From: an uncultured Methanosarcinaceae archaeon
GTDB taxonomy: Archaea; Halobacteriota; Methanosarcinia; Methanosarcinales; Methanosarcinaceae
Length of the DNA stretch: 64,000 nucleotides
Direction: 5' to 3'
Assembly: GCA_963733675.1 (NCBI GenBank)
Contig: CAVTET010000006.1
Span: forward strand, 160,001-224,000
Part shown: in pieces, positions 24,737 through 36,500 of the stretch
Numbering within the stretch: position 1 is the stretch's first letter
Layout of the letters: each line of letters opens with the position of its first letter
Position numbers and translations under genes: made by a program
The notes under the pieces: generated by a model
Told to the model about the DNA's origin: nothing
Seen by the model: the letters and a program-made list of their open reading frames with translations, nothing else
The model's database searches: none

Positions 24737-25594
24737 TTAAACTAAACCCGATCTTTGAAGAGTCATCAGGTCTTCAGTAGTGAGTTTCGCTCCACCCTTA
24801 AACTTTTCGAAGATGGACTTGGCATCTTTCTGAAGTTCGGATTTGACGACACGAGACTTTCCATCTTTGTCTTTCTTTTTGAGTTTAAAAATTTCTTTAT
24901 CAAGATCCCTAATTTCCTTCTGTGCATTTATGAAAATTTTATGCTGTTCGTCAGCTGCTTCTTGTGCTTTTACGAATTCTCTGTGAGCAATGTCAGATTC
25001 TGCCCTAATCCTATCCGCTTCCTTAAAAGCTGCAATCATCTTTTCATGGTGTTCTTGAGCTTGCCTAGCATACTCAGCCAACTCGGTATGAAATTTTGAA
25101 GCTTCATCTCTGATCTGCTGAGCTTCATCGAGAATAATCTTGAGTTCTAGATTACCCTCGAGCTGGACTTTTTTAACCTGATACTGCTTTTGAAGCTGAG
25201 TAATCTTCCCAACGAGCTCTCTTTCCTTGCTTGTGCTCAGGACTTCGGTTTGCTGAGTAAATTCAAGTCGATCTATATCTTTCCGAAGAGCTTTTATAGA
25301 CGGTCCAGCTAAATTATTTTGTTTTCGGATGGAGTCTGCCTCTGCAAAGAGTTCATTCGCCTTTGCGTTGGTATCATCGCGCTTATTCTTATATTCACTG
25401 ACCTTCTCATTAATTTCATCCCTGAGGATCTTTAATTCCTGAGCTTCGTTGATAAGATCCTTTGTCCTTTTATTCAGTTCATTGCGCTTTGCAGCAAAAG
25501 CACTGGCTTCTGTGTTCAAAACGTTTCTTTTGTCCTTGGATTCTTCAGAAATGTCCTTCAGATCTGATTTTTTTTTCTGCAATTCTTTTAGCAT
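24737..25594 (-). CDS. archaeal coiled-coil protein (COG1340-like)
   Basis: Heptad-rich; LEFTQQTEVLSTSKERELV; C-terminal FKGGAKLTTEDLMTLQ. Confidence 0.85.
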   Translation of the reverse strand: MLKELQKKKSDLKDISEESKDKRNVLNTEASAFAAKRNELNKRTKDLINEAQELKILRDEINEKVSEYKNKRDDTNAKANELFAEADSIRKQNNLAGPSIKALRKDIDRLEFTQQTEVLSTSKERELVGKITQLQKQYQVKKVQLEGNLELKIILDEAQQIRDEASKFHTELAEYARQAQEHHEKMIAAFKEADRIRAESDIAHREFVKAQEAADEQHKIFINAQKEIRDLDKEIFKLKKKDKDGKSRVVKSELQKDAKSIFEKFKGGAKLTTEDLMTLQRSGLV

Positions 25595-25698
25595 CTTTTA
25601 TTGTGCCTCCAGATCCAGCAAAAAAGCTGGCATTTTGGTAGTTCTACTGTTAGATATCGACATTCTGTGCCTGATTACAAAATTGATAAGAAAGAGAT

Positions 25699-26343
25699 TT
25701 AAGAACAGAGATAATGAATTTGAGATCTTTTCATAATGACCACAGCCGCATATTCCATTATGATGTACTTGGTATTGAAAGCTCTGGCAGAAACTGCTCT
25801 CTCAAAGATATGTGCATCATTTGCGCTTTCTCCGACAACTACACCTCGCTCTGGCCGAACCCTGCTAAATAGGATTAGTCCCTCAAATACCCCTCTAGGG
25901 TTGCTTTGTGTGACGGAGCCAACAACTTTGCTTTTTAGGCAGCCATCTTCAACAAGCAATTCATTGGTAACAACTAAATTATTATTAAGTGCCTTACCTG
26001 CTTCCGTGGTAGAAATTGTAAATCCATCGAAAATCATTGTATCTTTATAACCTCTACTTTTAAAGTGAAGGATAAGTTCTGCTACTACCGGCATAATATG
26101 AATCTTGTGTACCGCATAAGGGGTTTTTTCAAGGGAAAGTTCAATGATAATTTTGACCCATTCGGCAAGAGCTTGCTCAAAATCAAGGTTTTTACCTATC
26201 TCTCTCTTCGTAATCTCCTCTACTTTGCCTATAATACCTGCAGCCCTGGTGAACTCATCTATGGTCTCAGCATCTATAAGGTTACTATCCATATCAAAAG
26301 CAATCATTTTGTAGTCATTTGAATCATATATTGGACAGTTCAC
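25699..26343 (-). pseudogene. serB: phosphoserine phosphatase, open frame but catalytic motifs degenerate
   Basis: FDMDSNLIDAETIDE motif I. Expected SGGF reads FDGF, GDGAND reads GESAND, motif III Lys not evident, C-terminus aberrant. Confidence 0.75.
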
Positions 26344-26401
26344 TCAATCAAAACCTGGACTGTAATAGTTATTGATAGAACGGAATATTCTTCCTAAAAA
26401 G

Positions 26402-26482
26402 GGTATGCTTCTAGGCGTTCCTGTCTCCGTGGTATGACAGTAACCCTGTATAACATACTTGCCCTGACATTAGAAGCTCACC
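26402..26482 (-). ncRNA. candidate structured small RNA or leader
   Basis: Minus strand GGTGAGCTTCTA...TAGAAGCATACC closing stem (11/12 pairs incl. G-U), inner hairpins GTAT/ATAC and CTGTC/GACAG. TATA-like TTATTATATTT ~20-25 nt upstream, TTTTT immediately downstream. Confidence 0.5.
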
Positions 26483-26745
26483 AAAGGATCATGTTTCCAA
26501 ATATAATAAGGGTTCTACAAAAAGAAACCACAAAACATAGCATCGATGTCAACGTTTTTGATTGAAATAAATCACATTCCTTTTAAGCTTTTCGGAAGGT
26601 CAATCAAACATACAGAATAAAAACTACATATGAAATATCAATTTATTTGATCTGCATATCTGTGGATTAATATTGCCAAAAGGGATATACTCTTTTTGGA
26701 AGTTCCATTATTAAAGAAAGAAATCAACGCATGATTTTTGGAAAA

Positions 26746-27185
26746 GTGGTTCACATAAACTTTATAACCATGGATAACCTTGGCCGATTCAGATTATCAG
26801 TCTGATCCAAGATGAAATTGTAGCACGAGAAAGAATAACTGTATGAGTATTTGGAATTGGTTCCAATACGAGTCTATCCGAAGCCTTGGACACTGGAAGT
26901 TTCAAGAAGTGAAGAGCAGACTTTTGGTAATTATCAACCCTAGCGCAAAAGCTTTAGTTCACTGGAGTCCTTGTTTTATCAAAAAATGTGCTATACATTG
27001 TGATTTTAGACGGACCAAAAAAGAAAGAAGCCAGAGAGGCTTTGGAGCAGGAAGGCTTTAGATATATTATTCTCCCTACAGATTCGCTCATCAGGGCAAA
27101 AAGATATCCTTTTGATTCAGTGTAAATGGCAACCTTCAATTTCGATGCAATGAAAATATTCTCTGTTTGTAGTTTATTAAAGGGG
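26746..27185 (+). pseudogene. mtd: F420-dependent methylene-H4MPT dehydrogenase relic (N-terminal half only)
   Basis: Broken frames read VVHINFITMDNLG/QIISLIQDEIVARERITV*VFGIGS...ADF/VIINPSA/IVILDGPKKKEAREALEQEGFRYIILPTDSLIRAKRYPFDSV*MATFNFDAMKIFSVC, matching the Mtd N-terminal pattern as recalled; divergent from serB. Confidence 0.8.
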
Positions 27186-27210
27186 TATGATATCGAAACT
27201 TTGATTAATT

Positions 27211-27594
27211 CTACTTCTTCGCATCCTCGACTTCTTCTAACACATGAATGTATTCCTGAAAAACGGAGGGTATATCAATTGTAGCTAGCAGGTCTACAAT
27301 CCCCAGAGCTCCAATAATTTTCCCTTCCTTTGAGCGAATAGGAGCAACAACCACATTTTTCCCTTTGTATGTACCTGCAATGGGGACCTCATGAACAATT
27401 TTGTTGGTCTTCAATACTTTTTCTAGAACAGGTCCTGTGTAGTCTCTATCAAGAATTTTCCCTTTTTCAAGGCGAAGCCCTTTTTGTTTAAGGCTACGCA
27501 TGGTTGTAGGAAGTCCGACTAGAGAGTGTACTGCTAATGCTATTGATTCAAGGTCTTCAGGTCCTGAGTTCTCTGATATACATAGGGAACTAAT
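27211..27594 (-). CDS. DUF2111-family protein (apparent ATT start)
   Basis: GLPTTMRSL...GLRLEKGKILDRDYTGPVLE...IGALGIVD. RBS AGAGGTGG precedes ATT at 27594. Confidence 0.75.
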   Translation of the reverse strand: MSSLCISENSGPEDLESIALAVHSLVGLPTTMRSLKQKGLRLEKGKILDRDYTGPVLEKVLKTNKIVHEVPIAGTYKGKNVVVAPIRSKEGKIIGALGIVDLLATIDIPSVFQEYIHVLEEVEDAKK

Positions 27595-27714
27595 GTTTCC
27601 ACCTCTGTAAATACTGAAGATCAGCGTTATCAAGAATTCACAGATTTTCAGAAATGAACAACTTGATCTCACCTTCAGCTATATTTAGAATATGTTTTTT
27701 CAAAGAATATATAT

Positions 27715-28377
27715 TCACTCCTTATTTTCAAGAGCTTTTATAAAAGCTTGTTTATGAAGCTCTCCTGATTCATGGATCCCTCCAAAATCGCCACGTGCCG
27801 CTCTACAAGGATAATGCTGAATCAGCAGACCGGCTTTAGGGGGAGCGTCTTTTAGAGGAACTCCAATGATTTCTTTTGCCATATACCAAGTACTTCCGCA
27901 GGGCGCGCCTTTTAGAACCTTAACATCTACAATTTTCTCGTTCTTTGTCTTAACTTCCAGACTAGGTGATCCAAATATATCCGTGAAAGGCCTGTTGAAG
28001 TCATTGGGCTCAAGTGTACAGCAAATCTCATGTACCTCGATATCCATTCCAGACGCTTCAGAAATCTGGTTGAGTTCAGGAATTGAAGCTCTGGATGGTC
28101 CACCTGGAACAATTAGGGAACGCACACCTGCACTTGAAGCAAGTTTTGCAATTGCAGATGTCAGGTCCGGATGCAGAGAATATGTAATTACTATTTCAGC
28201 AGAAAAAACTCGCTTGTCGAAATTAAGAGTTTCTAGATATTGATCTGGATCTTCAATGAATAAGGGTACTAACTCAGGCAAGTCAGAAGTGACGACTGAA
28301 AAATCACTGTGTTCCTTAACAGTATCAATCAAACGATGGCCATATTTGCCTCTCGTGATAACTCCTATTAATGTCAT
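27715..28377 (-). CDS. DUF166-family protein
   Basis: RGKYGHR, YSLHPDL, EICCTL, GAPCGSTW, HYPCRA. Confidence 0.8.
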   Translation of the reverse strand: MTLIGVITRGKYGHRLIDTVKEHSDFSVVTSDLPELVPLFIEDPDQYLETLNFDKRVFSAEIVITYSLHPDLTSAIAKLASSAGVRSLIVPGGPSRASIPELNQISEASGMDIEVHEICCTLEPNDFNRPFTDIFGSPSLEVKTKNEKIVDVKVLKGAPCGSTWYMAKEIIGVPLKDAPPKAGLLIQHYPCRAARGDFGGIHESGELHKQAFIKALENKE

Positions 28378-28531
28378 TATTCTAAGCTATTTTTTAATAT
28401 TGCATAAATATGTGCTTATTTTGTTTGCGACTGTTGGCCTGAATCTCCAGCTATATGGCAACTCTCTATAGAGTATAAATACACATAGTGCGTTTAGTAA
28501 AAACTGTTAAAGAAAAAAAAAGACGGTTCTT

Positions 28532-29149
28532 ATGAGAGGCAAACTGATTACACTCGAAGGTATAGACGGTTCAGGTAAAAGTATGGTTGCAAATAAACTT
28601 CAGGAAAATCTTGAAATTAGCGCATTTGATCCTGTATTTACCAGGGAGCCAACAAGAGGTACACTTACTGGGACTGCTGTGGAGAAAGCCATTAAGTTGG
28701 ATACAGACCAACTTGCTGAGCTCTTTCTTTTTACAGCTGACCATGCTGAACATCTGGCAAAGATTGTTAAACCTGCACTTGGATGTGGAAAATCAGTTAT
28801 TTCTGATCGCTATTCCGACAGCTGCTATGCTTATCAGGGTGTAACCTTACAAAATCATTTGAAGAATTCGTTAGAATGGATAAAAAATCTCCATAGAGAT
28901 TGGACCATTGTCCCTGACCTGACTTTTCTATTTGATATCAGCCCCGAAATATCAGTTGAACGCTGTTTGATGCGAGGAAATCAAAGCAAGTTCGAAAAAC
29001 TAGAGTTTTTGAGAAAAGTCCGAGAGCTTTTCCTCAGTCTCGCATGCGAAGACCCTGAGCGCTTCATCATAATCGATGCTTCTTGTTTTCCTGAACGCGT
29101 AGAAACGGAAGTCACAGAGAAAGTTCTGGAGTTTCTGCATAGAAAGTGA
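28532..29149 (+). CDS. tmk: thymidylate kinase
   Basis: LEGIDGSGKS, TREP, ISDRYSDS.YAYQG. Confidence 0.95.
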   Translation: MRGKLITLEGIDGSGKSMVANKLQENLEISAFDPVFTREPTRGTLTGTAVEKAIKLDTDQLAELFLFTADHAEHLAKIVKPALGCGKSVISDRYSDSCYAYQGVTLQNHLKNSLEWIKNLHRDWTIVPDLTFLFDISPEISVERCLMRGNQSKFEKLEFLRKVRELFLSLACEDPERFIIIDASCFPERVETEVTEKVLEFLHRK

Positions 29150-29209
29150 ATCAGAAATATGGCTCAAATAGGAAAATTAAGCCGAAAAAGAAAAAAGATA
29201 GATCTCCTG

Positions 29210-29470
29210 TTAAAGTCCATTATTGTCTGCAAATTTAATCAGGGCTTCCCCAAGCAGCCTGACATGTGTGGGATTGAGATTGAACCTGGCCTTCTTTACA
29301 CCACCACGTTCTTTCGCAAGCTCCACATATTCCTTTTCAAAACGGTCGCTGTGTGTAAGGGATAAAGTCATGTACCAGCCCCCTCCCATCTTGATCTCCG
29401 TATATCTATCCCCACTCTCCTCCTCAGCTTTTTCCTCAACATTCTCTTCAGATATGCTTTCATCTACCAT
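29210..29470 (-). CDS. conserved small hypothetical protein
   Basis: AGAGGT RBS, acidic N-terminus, compact globular-looking C-terminal domain. Confidence 0.7.
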   Translation of the reverse strand: MVDESISEENVEEKAEEESGDRYTEIKMGGGWYMTLSLTHSDRFEKEYVELAKERGGVKKARFNLNPTHVRLLGEALIKFADNNGL

Positions 29471-29694
29471 ATTGTAAACCTCTTTAAATTTTAAAGAATT
29501 TTTATAAATCTCTAATTTTCAAGAATCACTTATAAACAATTTATAATCATATGACTAAATTTAGGAGTTTATCATTTTTTTATTAAAAATGAACCTTTTG
29601 CTTGAAATAAAGATACTCAATATATTTAATACCAGACATATAAAGACAGAAGAAAAAAACCTTTTTTGATATGGATGAATTGTTATTAGTTATC

Positions 29695-30414
29695 CTATCT
29701 AATCCCTGAATTCAACACTTCCGAAAGAATCTGACCGGAATGAACCGCAGTTGCAACTAGGGCGCCTTTTATCCCAAGATTTTCAAGGGTTAAGAGATCT
29801 TCCATGTTCCGTACCCCTCCTGCAAGTAGCACAATATGTCTTGAGTGTTCAACTAGTCTGTAAAGGAGAACGGGATCAAAGCCTGAGGTAGTTCCAACCC
29901 TGTCAAGGTCAAGAAAAATTAGATCCTTTAGGGGGAAATAATTCAGTATCTTAACGATTCCAAAAAGATCGTCTGGAATCTCTTGATCCTTTTTCAGAAC
30001 TTTTCCATGCTTCATATCAATGCTTACACTGATCCTTCCAGGATTTCCGAAAGATGCATCCTTGATTGCTGAAAGAATGCCAGTCTCTGTGCCTATTACT
30101 GCAGTGCTTGCAATAGACAGGGCTTTATCTACTTCTTCCTGAGACGAGATGCCGAAATCAAGCATTGTGTTTGTCCTTAGACTCACTTCCCGGATAATCT
30201 CAACATTCATTTCGATAGGGCCTTTTTGCTGCAGTACATTAAGATCAGCGATATAGACTTCTTGGGGTCTCAATAACTCAACTATGTTTAGAGGATCAGC
30301 GTTGCTACAGATAATACTCGAATCAGAAGCCGGAGAGTAATTTTCTCTGAGACCTCCTTTTGCAAGAACCACTCCACGATTAAATATATCCATTACAAGA
30401 ATTACTCTGAACAT
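29695..30414 (-). CDS. HisA/HisF-related TIM-barrel protein (H4MPT/methanofuran-linked family)
   Basis: VMDIFNRGVVLAKGGLRENY, YIADL, GTET, LDLDRVGT, LAGGVR, LVATAVHSG. Confidence 0.8.
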   Translation of the reverse strand: MFRVILVMDIFNRGVVLAKGGLRENYSPASDSSIICSNADPLNIVELLRPQEVYIADLNVLQQKGPIEMNVEIIREVSLRTNTMLDFGISSQEEVDKALSIASTAVIGTETGILSAIKDASFGNPGRISVSIDMKHGKVLKKDQEIPDDLFGIVKILNYFPLKDLIFLDLDRVGTTSGFDPVLLYRLVEHSRHIVLLAGGVRNMEDLLTLENLGIKGALVATAVHSGQILSEVLNSGIR

Positions 30415-30829
30415 ATTTATCCCATAGATACATCATCTTATAAAAAATATCAAATAGGATCTATGCACTTGAGGTATAAAATGAAACATAAAATATATTT
30501 TTAATAAGTATCATGATTCTGATTGCTTGAAATCTTTTACTGCTTTTTTCAGTTTCGCTGCTTAAGTACTACAACTAATCAGTTAATTTCCATATAAGGC
30601 TTAAAAATATGATTTTGATCACGGATACAAAATTGACCTTGGGATAATTCCACTACCCAAATAGATTTGGGGATCCGAATTGTCAAAGATAGCAATCAAT
30701 TCTTGTGGTTTATATATTTCAAAACTTTTCCCGTTGCTCTTTCTTCAGTATATCAAATAAAACAAAAGCAAAGTTTCAATAGATATAATTATTTAATTTT
30801 TAGTTTTCTATAATGTTTATGTACCTATC

Positions 30830-30907
30830 ATTATTAAGTCATAATGTGTAGAATAACTAAGTTAGGTGTTTTAGGAGATGATTAGTTTCCTTATTTGGCT
30901 TACACTA
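30830..30907. repeat. ~78-bp dispersed repeat, copy 1 (IS-end-like; TAGTGTAAGCCAAAT on minus strand)
   Basis: Similar to 39423..39500 (AGAATAAyTAAGTTArGTG...ATGATTAGTTTCCT.ATTTGGCTTACACTA). Confidence 0.75.
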
Positions 30908-30998
30908 ATGCATCAGTTTGCTGAATGAGTTAAGTTGAAGATTATTGGAAAAAGAAATGAAGAAAATGGAGAAGAACATGAAATGGAGAATAAAAACT

Positions 30999-32285
30999 TC
31001 ACTCTTCCTTCTCCTTTTCACCTAAGACTTCCTTTACGATTTTTAAAGCACATAGGTCCCCGCACATAGAGCAGGCATCACTTTCCGTCTTCCTGGAATC
31101 TCGGATTTTACGGGCTCTAGAGCCATCTATTGCTAGTTCAAACTGCTTTTCCCAGTCCAGACCCCTACGGGCGTAGGCCATGGCTGTATCCTTTTTCCAA
31201 GCTCTCTCACTCTGGCCTTCTCTTATAAGATCTATTGCGTGGGCTGCAACCTTTGTTACGAGCAGGCCTTCTTTGATATCTTCAAGAGTTGGAAGGGCCA
31301 GGTGTTCAGATGGGGTCACCATACAGAGAAAATCCATTCCGTACATACCAGCAATTGCTCCTCCTATTGCCCCGGTGATGTGGTCAAATCCAGGGGCGAT
31401 ATCAGTTACAATTGGACCAAGAAGGTATAGTGGAGCGTAATTGCTAAGTTCTTTCATACCTTTCACGCTGAGTTCTATTTCGTTCATGGGAACGTGTCCT
31501 GGGCCTTCAACAAAAGTTTGGACATTGAAAGCTCTTGCTCTTTTTACGAGCTCTCCAAGTGTAATGAATTCCATAAACTTCGGGCGGTCGGAAGCATCGG
31601 CAATGCAGCCCGGGCGCATGCCATCGCCAAGACTCAGGGTCATATCATATTCTTTCGCGATCTCAAGGAGATAATCATATTCGGCATAAAAGGGATTGTC
31701 TTCCTCATTATGTAGCATCCAAGCAAGGGTAAAAGAGCCTCCACGACTGACTACATTCATTATCCTGTCACTCTGGCGCAGGCGCTCAAGGGAGTTTAAG
31801 TTGACTCCGGCGTGTACGGTTACAAAGTCCACTCCTTGTTGAGCATGTTTCCTGACAGCATTGAACATATCGTCAGATGTCATTTCCACAACTATCTTCC
31901 TGGAAGCTGCAGCCTGGTAGATTGGAACCGTTCCTACTGGAATTTTCACGGCTTTGAGGATAAGGTTTCGGATTTCGTCAAGATCCCCGCCTGTGGAAAG
32001 ATCCATTATTGAATGAGTGCCGAAAGCTTCTGCAGTCTTCGCTTTTTCGATTTCATCATCAATGTCGATACAATCTCTCGAGGTCCCTACATTGACATTG
32101 ATCTTTATGCTCATAGATTTGCCAATCCCGATAGGAATGGCTTGTCGCCTATTATTTCTGGGGATGGTTATTAGGCCTTTTGCTACGCAGGAGCGGACAG
32201 TTTTTGGATCTATTCCTTCAGCTTTTGCCACAGTTTCTATTGTAGGGGTGATGATTCCCTTTTTTGCGTCTTTCATCAGTGTCAT
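30999..32285 (-). CDS. thiC: phosphomethylpyrimidine synthase ThiC (archaeal short form) or close paralog
   Basis: [39 protein letters not shown]. Confidence 0.88.
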   Translation of the reverse strand: MTLMKDAKKGIITPTIETVAKAEGIDPKTVRSCVAKGLITIPRNNRRQAIPIGIGKSMSIKINVNVGTSRDCIDIDDEIEKAKTAEAFGTHSIMDLSTGGDLDEIRNLILKAVKIPVGTVPIYQAAASRKIVVEMTSDDMFNAVRKHAQQGVDFVTVHAGVNLNSLERLRQSDRIMNVVSRGGSFTLAWMLHNEEDNPFYAEYDYLLEIAKEYDMTLSLGDGMRPGCIADASDRPKFMEFITLGELVKRARAFNVQTFVEGPGHVPMNEIELSVKGMKELSNYAPLYLLGPIVTDIAPGFDHITGAIGGAIAGMYGMDFLCMVTPSEHLALPTLEDIKEGLLVTKVAAHAIDLIREGQSERAWKKDTAMAYARRGLDWEKQFELAIDGSRARKIRDSRKTESDACSMCGDLCALKIVKEVLGEKEKEE

Positions 32286-32878
32286 TGTTACTCCATATCG
32301 TGAAGTTGATGAGGTAATTACCATTTCTTTTTGGGAGATATTGATAAAAATATGTCAATATATGTCAATAATACTAGCTAAATGTGCAGCTCAACAAGAG
32401 TAATTGATCATAAAGATAGATCAAGATATTTCTGTCTTAAGAGTAGAACAGAAAGCAAACTGATATATAGATTCTGATATAGGAAAACCACTCAATCTGA
32501 GTAATTGATTTTAGCTATTTCGTTTAATGCTTTTCTTGCCTTTACTGGACATGTAATCGGTCACAAGTAGCATATTACTAAATGTAATGGAATGATTGAG
32601 TTAACAGACACATAGGCAAAAATTCTGAGATTTTCATTTTGCAGTGGAATTTTTGTATCAATTAAAAATTTAAAAAAGTAGTAAAAAATCCATAATAGGT
32701 ACTGAATTACACTTTTCAAGTAAAAATCAAACACTTTAGATATTGTAGTGTAATCAAAAAAGGAGATTAAGGAACATATAGTCGATTTTACAGAAAATTA
32801 TACACACCGCTGTTTTTAATTAAGCTTCTGATCTTTTTTTGGTGGTAATGTTACCGCTTTAAGCAGAAGTTCTATAGA

Positions 32879-33271
32879 TCAAATTACTTTCATGAACTCA
32901 TCAAAGTCAATAAGTTTAACGATATAATTATTGGCATTAAGATCATAAGCTCTGAATATGTCCTTTTCAGCACTGGAAGTAGTTAAAATGATTATAGGTA
33001 TGTTTTTAAGGTTGCTATTCTCTTTTATTTTTTTAAAAACTTTATACCAACTTTTTTTCGCTAAATTCCAATCCAAAAAAATTATATCTGGGCTTGACGA
33101 ACCTAGAAACTTATCTGCATCCCATAAAAAACGCACTGTTTCTTCTCTATCTTCTGCAACATGAAGATTGATTTGAATTTTTGCATCTTCGAAGAATTCT
33201 TCAATTAATCCAATGTCTCCGTTATTGTCTCCAATTAAACAAATTTCTAAAGGCTTGCCTAACAATTTCAT
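32879..33271 (-). pseudogene. Rcp1-type single-domain response regulator, degenerate
   Basis: PDIIFLDWNL, IPIIILTTSSAEKDI. Acidic pocket reads LIGDN; TGA truncates the SIE...VTLPPK tail. Confidence 0.7.
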
Positions 33272-33535
33272 GTACTACATATTTCCTAATATATCTATAT
33301 ATATTTTAATTAAATATATGTATGTTTTATATTTAAAAATGTCAAGGAATCTTTGATGACTAATTGAATACAAAGTCGTAAAAATATCAACTTAGAATAG
33401 AACAATTGCTAAACAAAAAAGATCAAGAAAATTTAGTTCCAATTTAGTGATAGAAGTAAAGTTAAAAATAATTAACTTATGAATATACACCTGTATACAT
33501 CTGCAGAATGTTGATTAAAGCAGAATTGAGGGATT

Positions 33536-36500
33536 GTGACTATTTTTGATCGTTGGAGTGCCGATAAACTGGAGATCAGAGTCCAAGAACTGACAGCTGA
33601 GCTGGAAAAAGCCAATCAGGCATTAATACCGAGAATGAGCTGATTAAACTTAAGGATAAATTCGAAGCCGAAATAACGCTCAGATACAACCGTATTCTTG
33701 ATGGAATCAACCGGATCTTCAGCATTGTAATGCAGGACAAAACAGAAGAAGAGTTGAGAAATGAGTGTCTGTCCATAGCTCTGGAAGTGATCGGCAGCAA
33801 ACTAGGTTTCGTTGGCTTAATTGGTGATAACTGGCTACTGCATGATATTGCAATCAGCGACATGGGATGGGGGCAGTGTCTGATGTATGACAAGACTGGG
33901 CATCGCCGTCCCCCAGGAAATTTTGTTGTGCATGGCTTGTACTGCAATATCATTAACAGAGAATAAAGCTTCTTTACTAACTATCCGCTGTCACATCCAG
34001 ACAGTATCGGCCTGCCACACGGTCATCCCTTGATCAAGTCGTTTCTTGGAGTGCCCCTAGTCTTAGATGGTAAAATAAAGGGCTTGCTTGCGGTTGCAAA
34101 TCGTGAAAGTGGGTATAACTGCGAACAGCAGAAGGATCTCTAAGCTATCGCGCCAGCGATTGTGCAGGCACTTTATAGAAAAAGGTCGGAAAATGAGCGT
34201 GAGTTGGCAGAAAAAACGTTGCGTTTGTCTGAGGAAAAATTTGCCAAGGCTTTTGCAGACAATCCAGCCGCCATCGCGCTTACCAATCTCGAAGACGGGA
34301 TTTTTCTGGGCGTGAATGATACATGGGTGTCTCTGAGCGGTTACAGCCGGGATGAGGTAATTGGCCATTCTGCCAGAACAATGTACATTTGGCCGCCTGC
34401 CGAGGCTGCGGACCGCTTCGTGCTAGAGTTGCGAAAAAAAGGCTACCTATACGGATGGGAGCAGGAGTTCTACAAAAAATCCGGCGAAGTTTACATTACG
34501 CAGTTGTCGGCGAAGATCCTGACAGTACACGGAAAAAACAAATCATTTCGACGTTGTTGGACATCACAGAGCGAAAGCAGGCTGATAAGGAACGAACGCG
34601 ACTGTTAAAGAGTATTCAACAAAAGAATGACCTACTATCCGCATTGATCAACAGTATTACCGATGAAATTTGGTTTGCATACACAAATAGAAAATATACA
34701 TTTATTAATTCTACCGGACTCTGCGAGTTCGACATCAACAACGGGGGTGATACCGAGGTGGAACAACTCGCTAAGAGTCTGAAAATCTATCGTCCTGATG
34801 GCAGTCTTCGCCCAGTAGAGGACTTTCCTCCCCTACGTGCCCTGCAGGGTGAAATCGTGAAGAGTTATGAACTAATCATTCGCATCTGAGTTGGCTGATT
34901 GCTATAAGATGCGTATAGTAAAATTTTAGAAACTGAGGTGTCAGAACAACTAGAAGAAGTCTCATACCTAGTTGATGGATGGCATACCTTCCTTGCCAAC
35001 AAATTTCCACTTTATGACTCACACGGTAAACCCTATGCGATATGTGGCATATCTACTTACATCACAGAGCGCAAGCAGACACAGTTTCGTCTGAAGGCCG
35101 ACCTAGAGGCTCTGACCAGAATGCATGAGTTGAGCGGGAAACTTCTAGGAACTGGTGGCATCCAGCCGCTGTTGGATGAAATCATGTACTCGGCGGTTGT
35201 CATCGTGGGTGCTCAGCTAGGTACTCTTCAACTTTTAGAAGATGATCCGCTGCGAATTGTCTCCCAGTATGGTCATAAGCAGCCCTTCCGGGAGTTTTTT
35301 TGCATATGCTGAGAACCGGGGGCTTCAGAATGCAGGGAATCGATGCAACGCGGAGGGCGTGTGATTGTTGAGGACATTGAGACGAGTTCCCTATTTGCCG
35401 GAACGCCTTCTTTGGATGTGACGGGGTGCGAGCGGTGCAATCCATGCCAATGGTAAGCCGTCCTGGCGAGCTGCTGGGTATTCTCACGACCCAATGGAAT
35501 GTTCCGTATTCCCCCGACGATCACGATCTCTGGCGGATCGACCTGCTGGCACGGCAGGCAGCCGACATGCTAGAACAAGTTAAGTCAGTATGGAAGCTCT
35601 CAAGGAGAGTGAAGAACGTTTCTGTGTGATGGCTAATGCGATTTCACAGTTGGCCTGGATTGCTTATCCAGATGGCTATATCTATTAGTATAACGAACGC
35701 TGGTACTCTTCACCGCACCTGAGCAGATGGAAGGGTGGGGTTGACAGAGTGTTCACGACCCAGAAGTGCTGCCAAAAGTACTGGAGCAGTGGAAGGCTTC
35801 GCTTGCTATGGGGCAGATGTTTGATATGGAGTTTCCCTGCGCGGCGCGGATGGTATTTTCCGCCCGTTCCTTACTCGTGTTTTGCCTCTGAAAGATGTTG
35901 CAGGAAATATCCTTCAGTGGTTTGGGACAAATACTGATGTCACAGAACGAAAGAGAGCCGAGCAGGAACGTGAGATGACGGTGAAGTTCTTACAACTCAT
36001 GAACAAGTGTAAGGGGACAGTAGACTTGGTTCATTCTGCCGTTAATTTCTTCCGCGAGCGCTCCGGCTTCGAAGTCGTTGGCATCCGGCTCAAAGATGGT
36101 GACGATTATCCATACTTCGAATCAAGCGGGTTCCCCGCAGAATTCGTGAAGTTGGCGAACAGTCTCTTCTTGCGAGATGCTTCAGATCAGCTTATCCGCG
36201 ATAGTGACTGTTACCCTATTAATGAATACATGTGTGGCAACGTTATATGTGGAAGGTTCGATCCATATAAGCCATTTTTCACGACGCTGGGGAGTTTCTG
36301 GACCAACTGCACCACGCGGGAACTGCTGGCCACTACGACTGATGCCGACCGCCAGGCTCGCACGCGTAACAGATGTAATGGTGAAGGGTATGAATCCGTG
36401 TGGCTCTGATAGCTCTGCGCGTGGGTGAGAGAGGCTAGGTCTTCTCCAGTTGAACGGCAGACGTAAAGGGCAATTTCCCCCGGAAACTATCTCGATGTGG

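Noticed and set aside
15189-30480. TACCTCAAGTGyGTA motif at ~15194, ~21674 and ~30464 (reverse) as a regulator site
   Set aside because: Resembles solo IS termini (GGACTTACGCACTTGAGG type) and has no consistent position relative to genes.
30878-30924. Box C/D sRNA (ATGATTA...CTGA)
   Set aside because: C box is imperfect and the second copy near 39471 lacks the terminal D box; better explained as an IS-end-like repeat.
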